DNA of 63,612 nt, filler included, from Bonamia ostreae (lineage: Eukaryota), in assembly GCA_040357525.1 (NCBI GenBank). It is 52 parts of 52 records of this genome, joined end to end, with 100 filler letters (N's around TTAATTAATTAA, not from the genome) between each part and the next. Parts side by side here need not be neighbours in the genome. Positions count along the whole stretch, not along the records: positions 12,295 to 13,422 come from JBDODL010002604.1; positions 13,523 to 14,650 come from JBDODL010002605.1; positions 14,751 to 15,878 come from JBDODL010002606.1; positions 15,979 to 17,106 come from JBDODL010002607.1; positions 17,207 to 18,334 come from JBDODL010002608.1; positions 18,435 to 19,562 come from JBDODL010002609.1; positions 19,663 to 20,790 come from JBDODL010002610.1; positions 20,891 to 22,017 come from JBDODL010002611.1; 44 more parts are not named here. One strand, given 5' to 3'. The notes under the pieces are model-generated. The model worked only from the letters and a program-made list of their open reading frames with translations. It did not search any database and had not been told where the DNA came from. How positions within the stretch are numbered: position 1 is the first letter of the stretch; each line of letters begins with the position of its first letter. Below are positions 12,295-24,571 of this stretch, piece by piece. A program made the position numbers and the translations under genes.

Positions 12295-13422
12295 AAACTT
12301 TTTCGTTAACAAAAACAAAAATTTGGCCAATTCGAACATTTTCGTTGAAAGAGTGTCAAAAAATTTTGATAATCTCTCTGAAAAAAACAATTCTTTGATC
12401 ACTTTTTGGAAATACGGAAAAAGGCCAAACGAAACGTTTTCCTTTTCCAAACTCTTCAAAAATGATTTAAAAACTCTCTTAAAATGTTCTTTTTTAAGTT
12501 CTTGTAACTCTTTGTGCACTTTAATGCTTCTTTTGAATTTTGCTGATTGAAGAAGCAGTTCAGTTTTATTTTCAGAGATTTTTTCGGTTCGAGATTTTTT
12601 GCCAAAAATCTTTGATTTTGACTCTCTTTCTCCAGAATTTTCGCTAATTGCATGTTCAATAAAAGGATTTCGAGTAAACATGTTTTGTCGTTTAAAATTA
12701 AAATTTTGAGTTCGAAACAAAGACTTTTCGTTTGTTTTTCCAAAAGTTTGTATATTTTTCTTCTTTCCAAAAAGTCTTTTTAACGATTCTATTGCTATCA
12801 ATTCTTCCTCTATTTTGAATTTGAGTTAAAACCTTTTGTCCTTCCGATACTTGTTTTCCCAGAACTTTTTATAACAGATTCTTTCGCTATTTTTCGCATT
12901 TTCCTGTATTTAGAATCCTCTATTAAACTATTTACTTCTAATTTGGGAGATTTCTTTGGCGTTTTGTTAGATTTCGTTTTGGTATTCTCGTCTTCTAGCT
13001 TCTTTTTCTTCAAAGTGTCTTTTAATATTAACTGGACACTTTTTTCTGAAGTCGAGAGAATTTTAGAAGGTGAATCTTTTTTGGCGATATTACTTTTCGA
13101 AAGATAATTCATATCATTAAGCACACTTTCTATTTCCTTCCGAATGGATTCGAAAAACTTTTTGGATTCTGGTGAGTTTTTGCTTTCGTTTTTCTTTCGA
13201 TTGTACAGTTCTAACATAATTTTAATTTCATCTTCCAAAGGAAGCTCTTTATTTAAATTGCTTTTAGAATCTTTTAGAAGATTTTCCCCCAAATTTTGTT
13301 CTTCTTTTGGAAACGTTCTCTTTCTCGCAAATACTGATTTTGTTCGCTTTGTATCCTCGTTGAATTTAGAGGAACTTTTTTCTTTTATTGCATCCACATT
13401 TTGTTTTGAAGAACTTTTTTCT
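12295..13422 (-). CDS. Hypothetical Lys/Ser/Glu-rich protein, partial (protist-like)
   Basis: Two ORFs joined in frame by 23-nt GT-AG intron 12810-12832 (GRTK|EEELIAIE). Confidence 0.7.
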
Positions 13423-13522
13423 NNNNNNNNNNNNNNNNNNNNNNNNNNNNNNNNNNNNNNNNNNNNTTAATTAATTAANNNNNNNNNNNNNNNNNNNNNN
13501 NNNNNNNNNNNNNNNNNNNNNN

Positions 13523-14403
13523 TCGTAACGATTCAACTCGTTTTGAACTTTTTTCGACTCGATTCTTTTTTCTTCTTTCTTCGCTTCGGCTCTCGCAATT
13601 TCTCTGTTTTCAGCGGCGATCCGTTTGCTCAAAAAAGCGATTTCCGAATTTGCTCTCTCCAAATCCGCTCGCGCGGTTTCCCTTTCGTCTTCGAACCTGG
13701 CGATGCTCTTTCCGATCTGCTCAATCTCGTTTTCAAATTTAGCCAAATTGGCTAAATTTTGCGTTTTGGCTTCTTCCGTTTTGGCGATTTCTTCTTTGGC
13801 GGTTCGCTCTTCCATCGCGGCTTCTTCGACGCGCCGCCGGAGACGCGGCAATTCGTCTTCGTTTCGCAGAAATTCAGCTCGCAGCGATTTCATGTCGCGG
13901 TTACTGTTGTCGTCCAAAGCGCTTTTTTCGGAGAGATCTTCGATGAGCCGCGACAATTCGGAGAGCTTTTCGCTCATTTCGTTCTTCGATTTTTGCAAAA
14001 TGTGGATTTCTTTTTCAGTCGATTGGATTTCTTCTTTTAGTTCGATTCCGCGCAAATTTTTGTTTCGACGAATCGAGCTTAAAAATTGGTGTTCCATTAA
14101 TTGCAGTTTTTCGGTTTTCGTTTCGAAAGAATTTGATTTTTTGAGGTTTTCTGCTTTTTCGTCGAGCGCGCCGAGATTTTTTTTGAGTTTTAGAATGGAA
14201 TTTTGGAGAGCGTTGTTGTGTTGGAGTGAAAGTAGGAGTGATTTCGAACGAGTTTTGGAGCCACCGGAGAGAGTGCCGTGCGGTTCGAAGAGTTCGCCGT
14301 CGAGAGTGACGGCTCTGACGCGTTTCTGGAGTTCGAAAGCGACTATTTTGGCTGTTTCAAGATTTGGGCAAATCAGCGTTGATCCGAAAACGAATTCCAT
14401 CGC
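13523..14403 (-). CDS. SMC2: Condensin SMC2 hinge and coiled coil, partial
   Basis: AMEFVFGSTLICPNLETAK.VAF...RAVTLDGELFEPHGTLSGGS followed by long heptad region; acceptor caaaag at 14404. Confidence 0.92.
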
Positions 14404-14433
14404 CTTTTGTTTTTAAGAAATTGTATTTTTGAC

Positions 14434-14650
14434 AATAATAATAAACAAAAATTGGCAAAAATAATAATAAACAAAAATTGGCAAAAATAATAATAAACAA
14501 AAATTGGCAAAAAATGATAATAAACAAAAATTGGCAAAAATAATAATAAACAAAAATTGGCAAAAATAATAATAAACAAAAATTGGCAAAAAATGATAAT
14601 AAACAAAAATTGGCAAAAATAATAATAAACAAAAATTGGCAAAAATAATA
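14434..14650. repeat. About 27-28-nt tandem repeat (aataataataaacaaaaattggcaaaa) in SMC2 intron
   Basis: About 8 near-identical copies running to contig end. Confidence 0.95.
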
Positions 14651-15978
14651 NNNNNNNNNNNNNNNNNNNNNNNNNNNNNNNNNNNNNNNNNNNNTTAATT
14701 AATTAANNNNNNNNNNNNNNNNNNNNNNNNNNNNNNNNNNNNNNNNNNNNTTTCCAGAGGTTCATGCCCAAAGCCCAATTTTGTATTTTGAGACTGATTA
14801 CTGTTCGCTATCTTCGGGTTTTTTTTTTCCGATTACGTACATTGCGACAATAGTTTGCATTGGGGCTTTTTCTAAAAGTATTTTTTATAATGATGCTTGT
14901 TGACTAAATGCTAGCAATGTTAGTTTTACATGCACTAGATCTACCCTGCATCAAAGGGAAAAGTTAAGATAACAAACATCTGAAGATTCTCCTTCACAGT
15001 AGCTAATATTTTCGCGTGGTAGAACATTAACTGGATACTACAATGTACATGCGTACCTCTGTTTGTAAGAATTTTAATGAAATTTAGGTTTGGTAACTCA
15101 AATTCATTCGTCTTCTTGACTGGTAAATTAAATGTGTTTTAAATTGTGTTTAAGGTTTATCTTATTTTGAATGAAGAAGTTATTTATTATCTTGAATTAT
15201 TAAAGAAGAATTTATTTTGAAAACTGAACTCAAATGAACGAAAAGGTGACGATAACGAGCCGTGATCAATCTAATAACTTATAAATAAAAAAAAGTAAAT
15301 TATACACGTACATGTATATTGAAATCGGCATTAACGTAATTTTGACAATTTTGAATTTAATGTTGAATTGGTGATGCTAGTACATGTAACACGGAAACCT
15401 CTACTGAGAATCTGACACATAGTTATAACTCCGACTATTTTATACGATATGATCAATAAACATAAACCAGAAAACGTGTAAATGTGTTTATTCGCTGAAT
15501 CTGTAAGTAGATCAACAACTTATCTTGCACGTATCACTCCCTGATGATAAACATTGTCTGGTTGTCAGGTTTACCAAGAGATAATAAAGACGGACTGCAA
15601 TAAAATACAGGCATGATCAACTGGTTTCATCGTAAATACACAAACCGACAAGAACAAGATTTCAACAATTTACAAGTTCTTGTAAATCTTCACATAAAAT
15701 ATTCCACTACCAGTAATTTCGACCAATCAGTTGACAGTAACAATTCAGTCCTCTACTGAACATTAAGGATGGAATAAATTTTGGATTCTGCAATTCATTC
15801 CACCGTGATCTGACACTTATTCTCGCTGACGACCGTGACGATATAAAGAACCAAAAACACCTAGTAAGTCAAAGTAAGNNNNNNNNNNNNNNNNNNNNNN
15901 NNNNNNNNNNNNNNNNNNNNNNTTAATTAATTAANNNNNNNNNNNNNNNNNNNNNNNNNNNNNNNNNNNNNNNNNNNN

Positions 15979-16120
15979 TAAAGCGATTTAATTGAATTTT
16001 TGCAATTTTAAATTTTGTTTTGTTATTATTAAATTTTGTTTTGTTATTATTAAAGCGATTTAATTGAATTTTTGCAATTTTAAATTTTGTTTTGTTATTA
16101 TTAAAGCGATTTTATTGAAT
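15979..16120. repeat. About 52-nt AT-rich tandem repeat
   Basis: taaagcgatttaattgaatt unit seen three times. Confidence 0.8.
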
Positions 16121-16266
16121 TTAGCTTTTTTAAATTTAAACTTTAGCCGGGTTAAAGTAATATATTCCCATATTTCTATTTTTATCTGAAACCATTTTGC
16201 TGCAAATGTGTTCATTTAATCCATTTATTCTTAATTATTAAATTTAGCCAAAATGTTAAAAATTTG

Positions 16267-17070
16267 TTAAATATAAAAATTTTGCCAATCAAAATTTAGC
16301 CAAAAAACTTTTTGTCGTTTTTCCAAGAATTAGTTTTCATGTCGTAGTGTTGTAAAATTTGACAAACGCCAAGTCGCATGTTTTTATTTTTCTTTCTCAA
16401 TCTGGTCAAAATCTTTCCTTTTTCTGATTTTGTGTTTAAATTTTCGATTTTAAAATTTTAATCTGAAAATGAAAAATTGCAATTCCATTTTGTTTATTGA
16501 AAAACCGTTATTAAAGCTTTTCCCTCGAATAGTGATGTAACAATCTGGAAAAAGATATCCAGTTTCGACCTTCTGCAACGGCGGTTTATTGCATTCGACA
16601 AACTCGTTCGTTTTAAAGTTAAATTCGAGTTCGTCTGGAAAGTTTTGAAGAAGTCGAATTTCTTCCGTTTTGTATTCCTTGTCCAATTGACTTTTTGATT
16701 GACCTTTGACGATTTCTCTCGTAGCTTTGCAGAAGAGCTCGTTCCCGAAGATTTTTTCTGGTAAAGAATTGTAATAGACAAGTCCGTCTAATTTTAAATT
16801 TAGCATTTTAGACAAATTTTAGAAGATTCACAATTTGTTTGCACCTCTTTTTTCTTTAACGATAAAATGCGAAATCTTTCCGAATTCAAAACTGTTTTTC
16901 GATTTCAATTTGACAATATCTCCTTTTTTAAATTCTTCTTTTCCGTAGATCGCTTTTAAGAACTTTCTTGTGAATTCTGCGTTTTTCTCTTCGATTTCAT
17001 CCAAATATTGTATCTTTAATGAAGTTGAAATTGTTGATATTTTAATAGAAAGTGTTTGTTTTAAATGGTT
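16267..17070 (-). CDS. Hypothetical protein, spliced, possibly KOW/SH3-like folds (protist-like)
   Basis: Frames FKKGDIVKLKSKNSFEFGKI, GLVYYNSLPEK...PDCYITIRGKSFNN and EKGKILTRL..WLNFDWQNFYI* can be joined by GT-AG introns; start not found. Confidence 0.45.
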
Positions 17071-17680
17071 TTATTTAAATTAAGTTTGTTGTGGTGGGGG
17101 AGGGCGNNNNNNNNNNNNNNNNNNNNNNNNNNNNNNNNNNNNNNNNNNNNTTAATTAATTAANNNNNNNNNNNNNNNNNNNNNNNNNNNNNNNNNNNNNN
17201 NNNNNNTAAAATCGTTATTTAATAAAGTAAGGCAAAATATTTATTTTCTCTTCTACCTTTTTCTCAATATTTTTTCAAGTTTTCTAAAACCTTTCTCAAT
17301 CGCATTTGAAATTTTTTTCAAATGTATTTTCTTAATTTTTCCACTTAAAGGGCAATTCCAAGAAAATGCTCTATGAAAAATATCACAATTAACACAGAAA
17401 TTTTTTATTTATACAATCCCTCTCCATTTGATTTTTTACAAAATAAATTTGTTTTCCGTTATTATTTTTAATTTTTTCAATGTTCTCTCAAATATTTTGC
17501 AAATTAACGGTAAAACAAAATAAAAGCAAAAGGGAGACGACAGGAACCATTTCCGAGATTTTTACTTAAATTTTCCAATTTTTGCGATAAAACAAAAAGC
17601 GATTTAGTTTTTATCTATTTTTTAAAGCTCATCGGATATTTAGATATTAAACTTTTTAGATAAATAAACCACAAAATTTA

Positions 17681-17941
17681 ATGTTTGGAATTGCAATGCA
17701 GAAAAACATGCTCAGACTTTTCAGTAACAATATCACATTTACTCATTCGCCGAATTTAAGCTACTTTAATATCGGACTTTTGTCCAATATATTCGAACGG
17801 CTTTTCGTTAAAAGGACATATCAACCGAATATCCGAAAAAGAAAGCGCAAACACGGATTTTTGGCGAGAATAAGAACTAAAGAGGGCAGAGATGTTATCA
17901 AACGGCGCATGAAGAAAGGCCGAAAGAGCTTAGCCGTATAA
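17681..17941 (+). CDS. MRPL34: Nuclear-encoded mitochondrial ribosomal protein L34 (bL34m)
   Basis: [41 protein letters not shown] is the L34 signature, preceded by about 43 aa presequence-like extension. Confidence 0.93.
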   Translation: MFGIAMQKNMLRLFSNNITFTHSPNLSYFNIGLLSNIFERLFVKRTYQPNIRKRKRKHGFLARIRTKEGRDVIKRRMKKGRKSLAV

Positions 17942-18434
17942 TAAATTTTAAACAAAAAATTATTTATCCAAAAAATAATCTTCAATGTCGTCGATAATCA
18001 TTACAAAATCGTCGATTTCGTTGTCGTTCAATTTTAGATTTTTTGGTTCAAATTTGATAAAATGTTTTTCTAAATTTCTCATCCCCTTTAAAATTTGTTT
18101 TTTCGATTAATTATTTAAAACAATTTTTGTCATTTTTTGTTAAAAATTGTTCTAATAGGATTTTTTTAACATTTTTGTTATTCTGTTTTGATTTTTTTTT
18201 GTTAATATCTATTTTTTGTTTAGACATTCTTATTTTATTGTTCTCTAAATTTTAATCTTTTGTTTTGTTAGTTTTGTTGTTTATGAGAATTTACTTAATT
18301 TTTTATTTATATAATTGTTTATATCCTGTATAATNNNNNNNNNNNNNNNNNNNNNNNNNNNNNNNNNNNNNNNNNNNNTTAATTAATTAANNNNNNNNNN
18401 NNNNNNNNNNNNNNNNNNNNNNNNNNNNNNNNNN

Positions 18435-18844
18435 AACACAGGTGCAATGTTAGATTCAAGTTCATGTGTGTCTCTTTTAATCAGTTTTTGTCTTGAGCTT
18501 TGAATTTCTGAAATTTGCGGTACTTGGTGATTTTCATGAGAACCAGACACAAGGCATTTCAGACAAACTGGAGTATCACATTGTTCACAGAACCTTTCAC
18601 ATTTCTGTTTTTTATGCCGCTTGCAATCTAGTGGGATAATTTCAGATTTTTTACATTCAAAAGTGATGACATCGTGCCGTATTGTGGGATTCCAGGTTAT
18701 GTGATGACCTGCACAGTCCTTACAACGGTTGACTTGACAGGTGTTACACACCATCTTTGCAGCAAACTTCCGGTCTTTGCCAGGACGAAGTTGACAGCGT
18801 TTCACGTCTTGTGCCCTGGCTTGGGGGTCTTCTGAGGTTATCAT
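18435..18844 (-). CDS. B-box/TRIM-like protein N-terminus (bivalve type), partial
   Basis: DP...AQDV.RC start, B-box1-like C..C..C..C..H..H and B-box2 CKRH....C..FCEQCDTPVC..C....H..H, then coiled coil; first CxxC degenerate (CQLR). Confidence 0.88.
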
Positions 18845-21382
18845 TTTTGCTTTAAAACAAACGTCATTGTGTTACAGATAATGCAAGGATTACGATTAAT
18901 GCTTTAATAATCATTAATTTTTTATATTATTGTAATCAAAGTTTGAAAATAGCAAAACAAAGATCTCATAACCTATACACCAATAAGAATTATTACAGAC
19001 TTTAACAGAAATCAATTTGTCATTTAGCGCTGTTCGTTATCTTCGCCTTTCATGGCACATTTTCATCTGTTTTCTTACCTTATTATGCCGATTCCATGAT
19101 GGCTGAATATTTGCACTTTAAGATAGTAAAATTTTATTGATTTAAGTTTTCTACTTTGAAAATAATAACATTGCAATGTTTTTGGCATTTAAATATTTAC
19201 CGTCTGCATTTCATGTATATTTTTACATTTTGAAAAGGCGCATTCATGTGTATGAAGACCTCTCTGTCGCTGGGTATGAACTATTTCAAGCTAGAATTTT
19301 TTCCAATTATTTTGTTGTCTGAATTTTGCAGCATATCGGTAAGAGAATCATCTGGAATTATGGAACAAGTAAATTTGAAAATTCTGATAAGGTTTTCCCC
19401 AAAGCAAAAATTATGAAAATACCCATGTTTTTCCAGCACTACATCCACTTTGCACAAGTTCTAGGTGTTAGATAACATTACTGGATGCTTGTTCAACACA
19501 ATTTCATATAAGCAATGTCCACTCTGAAAGTAAACATACTCAAAAAGCAGGATACAGTGGAANNNNNNNNNNNNNNNNNNNNNNNNNNNNNNNNNNNNNN
19601 NNNNNNTTAATTAATTAANNNNNNNNNNNNNNNNNNNNNNNNNNNNNNNNNNNNNNNNNNNNAGGATAAAAAAAAAGATCAATTGTTCATTATGCTACAG
19701 TATTACAGTATTGATTAAATTTTTTTTAATGAAAAGTGTTTTATGTTTTTGATATTCATCATTTCTTTTTTCCACAAACATCAAATGCTTGTTATGACAT
19801 GATACTGTTGTCAAGGAGAATCTAACTGCATATGTGAGTAATATTAAAAAGAATATACGTATATTATCCTTCAAGTATTTATTGTATTTATCACAATTTA
19901 AATAATTCAAATAAGCGTAATTTGAAGACTTTGGTCACTACGGTATATAGTTTTTGCAAGGATATACTTTTATTGTTGGTTTAGTTTTTTCTTGAAATGC
20001 TTATAAAGATATTCTTCAAAACATTGTCTTTTTATTAACTATTGTACGATCTCAATTTAGAAAGATAAGATATTGGTTTGGTTGATATGGTACATTTTGG
20101 TTACTAGATATATTTCTAATGTTACTATGGACTTTTAGATTGAATAGGTTCCAAAGTTCTAAGGAACTTTTAAAATTAAATGAAAACTGAAATTGAAAAT
20201 ATTTTGTGTATTATGAAAATCATATATGCTTTTACCAATGCGAATGAATGAGATGTTGCTTGGCAACATGACGTCACAACAATAAACAAAAGCCATAATT
20301 ACAAACCCTACTCTCCGTTGATATTTTAGAGTGAAACTTATTGATATCTGAAAGGGGTATAGAATGGCCCATACTACACTTAGTCCTTTCTACATGTTCT
20401 TCAACCCCTTCATTTGTCATTCTTTTAATACATGTGATTATTTAGTTTACATTAAAATCCACTCACAAACCTATGATTAAACAAGTTGACCAGGGTCATT
20501 TGATGTCAAAAGTTTTTCATAGACATAAGTATATTTGCATTAATAAATTTCTCCGACATAGTTTAAGTGGCAAGGTTGATTTTCATGATACTCGTTTTAC
20601 CACAGTATTATACTTTGGCCCAATGCAGTGCATTGCATTGTGTAAAGATCACAAAGCTATGAAGATTTTGAGATAACAGATAATATATATAAGTTTGTAA
20701 ACTGAGATAAATTAAGAGATGTGTCTTTGCAAGACCCCCCCCCCCCACCCATTTTCGATAAGGGACTTCTGGGATTTGTGACAAAAAATTNNNNNNNNNN
20801 NNNNNNNNNNNNNNNNNNNNNNNNNNNNNNNNNNTTAATTAATTAANNNNNNNNNNNNNNNNNNNNNNNNNNNNNNNNNNNNNNNNNNNNCTATGATCCC
20901 AACAACATTTTAAGTGCAATTAACACACGTCTTGACATTACTCATCACAAATCATATTCCATGAAACCTTCAATACATGTTTTCACACACACAAATAAGG
21001 TATTTGTCATAAACATATACTGCATTATATCCTATCATTCATAGCACCTTGAATTTTTTTTGTTCCATGGAATTGAATGAAAAATACCGAGAACGAAATA
21101 CAAGTAAGATACAGTACACATATATAATAATAAAAAAAGAAACATAGAGTAAATTTGTGAGTTTGTTTTGGGTTTTTCCCTACATTCTAGAATTGTCTTG
21201 ATACTTTCTCGTCATTGTTTACAGATGCTCAAACATTCAAAATAACAATTCTACAGGTACAAGTTTTCAAAATAAGTCCTACAGCTCTTGAATCCATAAA
21301 TGCTATTAGTGACCATTACACTAATGTGAACTACTCAAACCATACAGAAGTACATTATAAACGTTTTTAGATTTTGAGTGTT

Positions 21383-21840
21383 TTAAACATCAACAGGAAT
21401 GCTGGAATTGGTTTGATTCAACAAATTCACTTCTTGACCATTTCCTTCTGTGGAAGTTATAGTATTATTCGGATCATTCGTATGATGACATTTCAAATTT
21501 CGTATGTATGACAGTACTCTTTGCAAAGAAATTTTTTTCCAATACATGCACATCACAATTATAATAATGATGCTCACTAAAATGCTAATAGTAATACTGA
21601 TAATTATGATAATTAATTTGTTCGATTCTTGTTCTTGTTCATTCATTCTGGCCGTTGTATTGTCATACCCTTCTGGAGGTCCTTTCTGGTATTCTGATTT
21701 ATTAGCTGAATTTTTTTCATTCATTCTGGCCGTTGTATTGTCATACCCTTCTGGAGGTCCTTTCGTGGGTTCTGAGTTTTCTTCAGGACACTTAACACCA
21801 TATGTTAAAGTACCATTACATATTTTGAATGACTGATCAC
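21383..21840 (-). CDS. Terminal exon of single-pass membrane protein with internal duplication (host-like)
   Basis: ttttcag acceptor; KGPPEGYDNTTARMNE twice at 78-nt period; Ile-rich TM followed by WKK. Confidence 0.65.
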
Positions 21841-23344
21841 TGAAAATAAACTTTAACATTAGTAATACAGAAATACCCTGCCATATCAAAATTTATAGAT
21901 AGTATACCTAAGCATGTTGCGACACTATACATTTATTTATAATTTCAGGTCAACACGATGTTAATTTTAGCTACCTGAGAAGTCGGCAGCAGATCTGTAG
22001 CTCTCTGGGAAAATCTTNNNNNNNNNNNNNNNNNNNNNNNNNNNNNNNNNNNNNNNNNNNNTTAATTAATTAANNNNNNNNNNNNNNNNNNNNNNNNNNN
22101 NNNNNNNNNNNNNNNNNTTACAGAGGAGCATCTCAACTGGCACGCCCCTCTGAACGACAAATCCATTACAAACGAAGGAAAGTACTATAAATATAAATTG
22201 TAAGATATAGTAAGTTTAACGAAACCTCAAAAATATTAAAGGGATCGAAGAAAAGGAAAATTAACATTTAAAAAGGGCAAACAAATGATATCTTTCATAT
22301 TTACTTAGTAGATAATATATTAACTATACATTAACATTATTGACGGTTCGCATTAATAATTAGATTGATATGCATGTATTAGTGATATGATTATACACTG
22401 TATGTTTGCTTTTCTTTCAAATGACAATTTCCTCTTCTTCTTTTAAATTTACGAGGGAAAGTAAACTTTAATATAAATTTCATTTTGACAAGGTGCTAAC
22501 TATCGGGTATTCAATTATGCCATTTTCATTACCATTGGAATCTACATTGTATACCTTCTACTAACCCAATAATGGTTGGTTGAGTATTCATTGCCTGATA
22601 TATTGCCGCCTCCGCTTGGGTACATTTAGGTACATGTACATGGCACCAATGGTGCCATCAATTTTCTCTTTTGCTGCAACATTTGTCAATCTTAAAAGCG
22701 CGTTGTTGTTTTTTAAATTTCTCTTAAATATAGTTAGCTCGATAGTAAAAAATAAAAAAACAATTTTAATATAAATATTTATCTCTTTGTTTGATGCCGT
22801 CATGATGTTTGTTGATGAAATCTAAGGTTGTGTCATTTTTTAATTGTCTTTATGAAATTAGAAAAAGAAATAATTTTTAAAAAACATTTTGCTATATTTA
22901 TTTATTTCTATTGATGAAATATTTCTAAAACATTTTATCAGATGGGCATAATTATCAGATATATCACGGGGAATAGGCTAAAATTATATATTTTTTATTC
23001 ATTTATACTCATGCATTTGTTTTCTTCTATTATATATCTATTTTCGCGAATAAAAAATTCTGGACTGCAGTCTAATCATTCTTTTATCTCTTGGTTTTTT
23101 TTTTAGTTGGGGTCTATTATTAGCATGATACGCAAAAAACAAATCTTATATATGCCGAGGTAATGTAATTAATATATATTTGTCAATTAAAGATGATTGA
23201 AGATTGATTTTATATTGTTTATAATCCCTCTTGAGAATTTTTCANNNNNNNNNNNNNNNNNNNNNNNNNNNNNNNNNNNNNNNNNNNNTTAATTAATTAA
23301 NNNNNNNNNNNNNNNNNNNNNNNNNNNNNNNNNNNNNNNNNNNN

Positions 23345-23832
23345 TGCGCTTTCGGTTCGACTCTTTGAATGTGTAAATCTGCGAGATTTGGCCTTCCGGG
23401 TTTAGAAAAGCGAGTGTGCCGTTGTTTGAACCGGCGCAGATGTGCACATGATAACGTTTGCTCGTTCTTCGGACGAAGCGGCGGCAACCAGCGCACAGCA
23501 AATAGTTCTTGTTGCCTTTGCGCCACTGCTCTTCCATTTCCCGTCTTGTAATTCTGCCCTTAAAATGCCGCAGAGACTTTTTTCCAGCCCGAAAAATTTT
23601 TTTGGAAGTTGTTTTTTTCGGCGGAAAATCGCTCTCGGAATTCTCAAAGTCGGAATACACCAAATCGTCGACGTCACAGGGAAGAAAGAACTGCTTCATT
23701 TTCTTAATAGCCATCTCGTCCGGTCTTCAATTTTTATAGAGCTTAATATTACTCGTTATAAATCGGATCTCCGAAAATATTCGAAGTGGAAAAAGCGGTT
23801 TTAATTGGACCAGCGCTTTTTTTGCTGAGCAT
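23345..23832 (-). CDS. Hypothetical protein with C2HC/C2H2-like zinc finger, partial (protist-like)
   Basis: ATG 23832, 28-nt intron 23725-23752 restores frame (IYNE|PDEMAIKK); CAGCRRFVRRTSKRYHVHIC. Confidence 0.6.
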
Positions 23833-23915
23833 CGCAGACCAATTTATCTTCGAAAACTAATATACCAAAACGTGCTAACAAAAGCTAAATCAAAAAGCTT
23901 AATTATTTGAGCTTA

Positions 23916-24471
23916 ATGGTCACAAGAAAAACGAAAATAGACTTAAATTTTGACACTAATAAAGTAATCGCAAATTTAATTAAAGAACCGATTGACCTGC
24001 GAAGAACAAAATATCGCGACTTATCGGCCAGACGAGGAACCAGACGAACTGGCGAAAAGAAAATTAAAAAGTTTTCGAATTTGGAGAGAATTGTTGGAAT
24101 TCCCTTTATACAACAACGTGGTCGACGACAGACTGGTTGAATTTTGTAAAACGGCAAAAGATAAGAGTGATGATAACGCAATTTGACACGTTGAACAAAA
24201 AGATGGCAGAAGTCAATAAGGACGACTGGGAAAGATTGCGCAAAAAGAGAATCGACAAATTGCCGATGTTCACTGCAATGACCGAAGACGGGTCATTTTC
24301 GGAGTTCTTTACTTCGATGAACGGATTGAGCAGCGTCTACGCAAAACTGGTTTTGAAATCGCGGATAGTCCATGACCCGAACAACGAAAAGTCGAAATCG
24401 ACTTATTTGTTTAACGGGGATTTTTTCGAAGACGAGGATATTTCGGAGATGGACAAAATAATTGCGGAAAA
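23916..24471 (+). CDS. Hypothetical protein, partial, 3 exons (protist-like)
   Basis: 22-nt (23964-23985) and 25-nt (24136-24160) GT-AG introns merge three listed ORFs into one frame. Confidence 0.7.
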
Positions 24472-24571
24472 NNNNNNNNNNNNNNNNNNNNNNNNNNNNN
24501 NNNNNNNNNNNNNNNTTAATTAATTAANNNNNNNNNNNNNNNNNNNNNNNNNNNNNNNNNNNNNNNNNNNN

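Noticed and set aside
13543-14642. Plus-strand ORFs over SMC2 and Phe/Ile/Tyr-rich ORFs at 14357-14642
   Set aside because: Antisense shadows of a coiled-coil gene and translations of an intronic tandem repeat
10819-17062. Shared 19-mer taatagaaagtgtttgttt at about 10819 and 17043
   Set aside because: Plausibly chance in AT-rich sequence; no flanking similarity
17681-17941. Bacterial rpmH contaminant
   Set aside because: Long N-terminal extension, no rnpA/dnaA neighbours, flanks match protist composition
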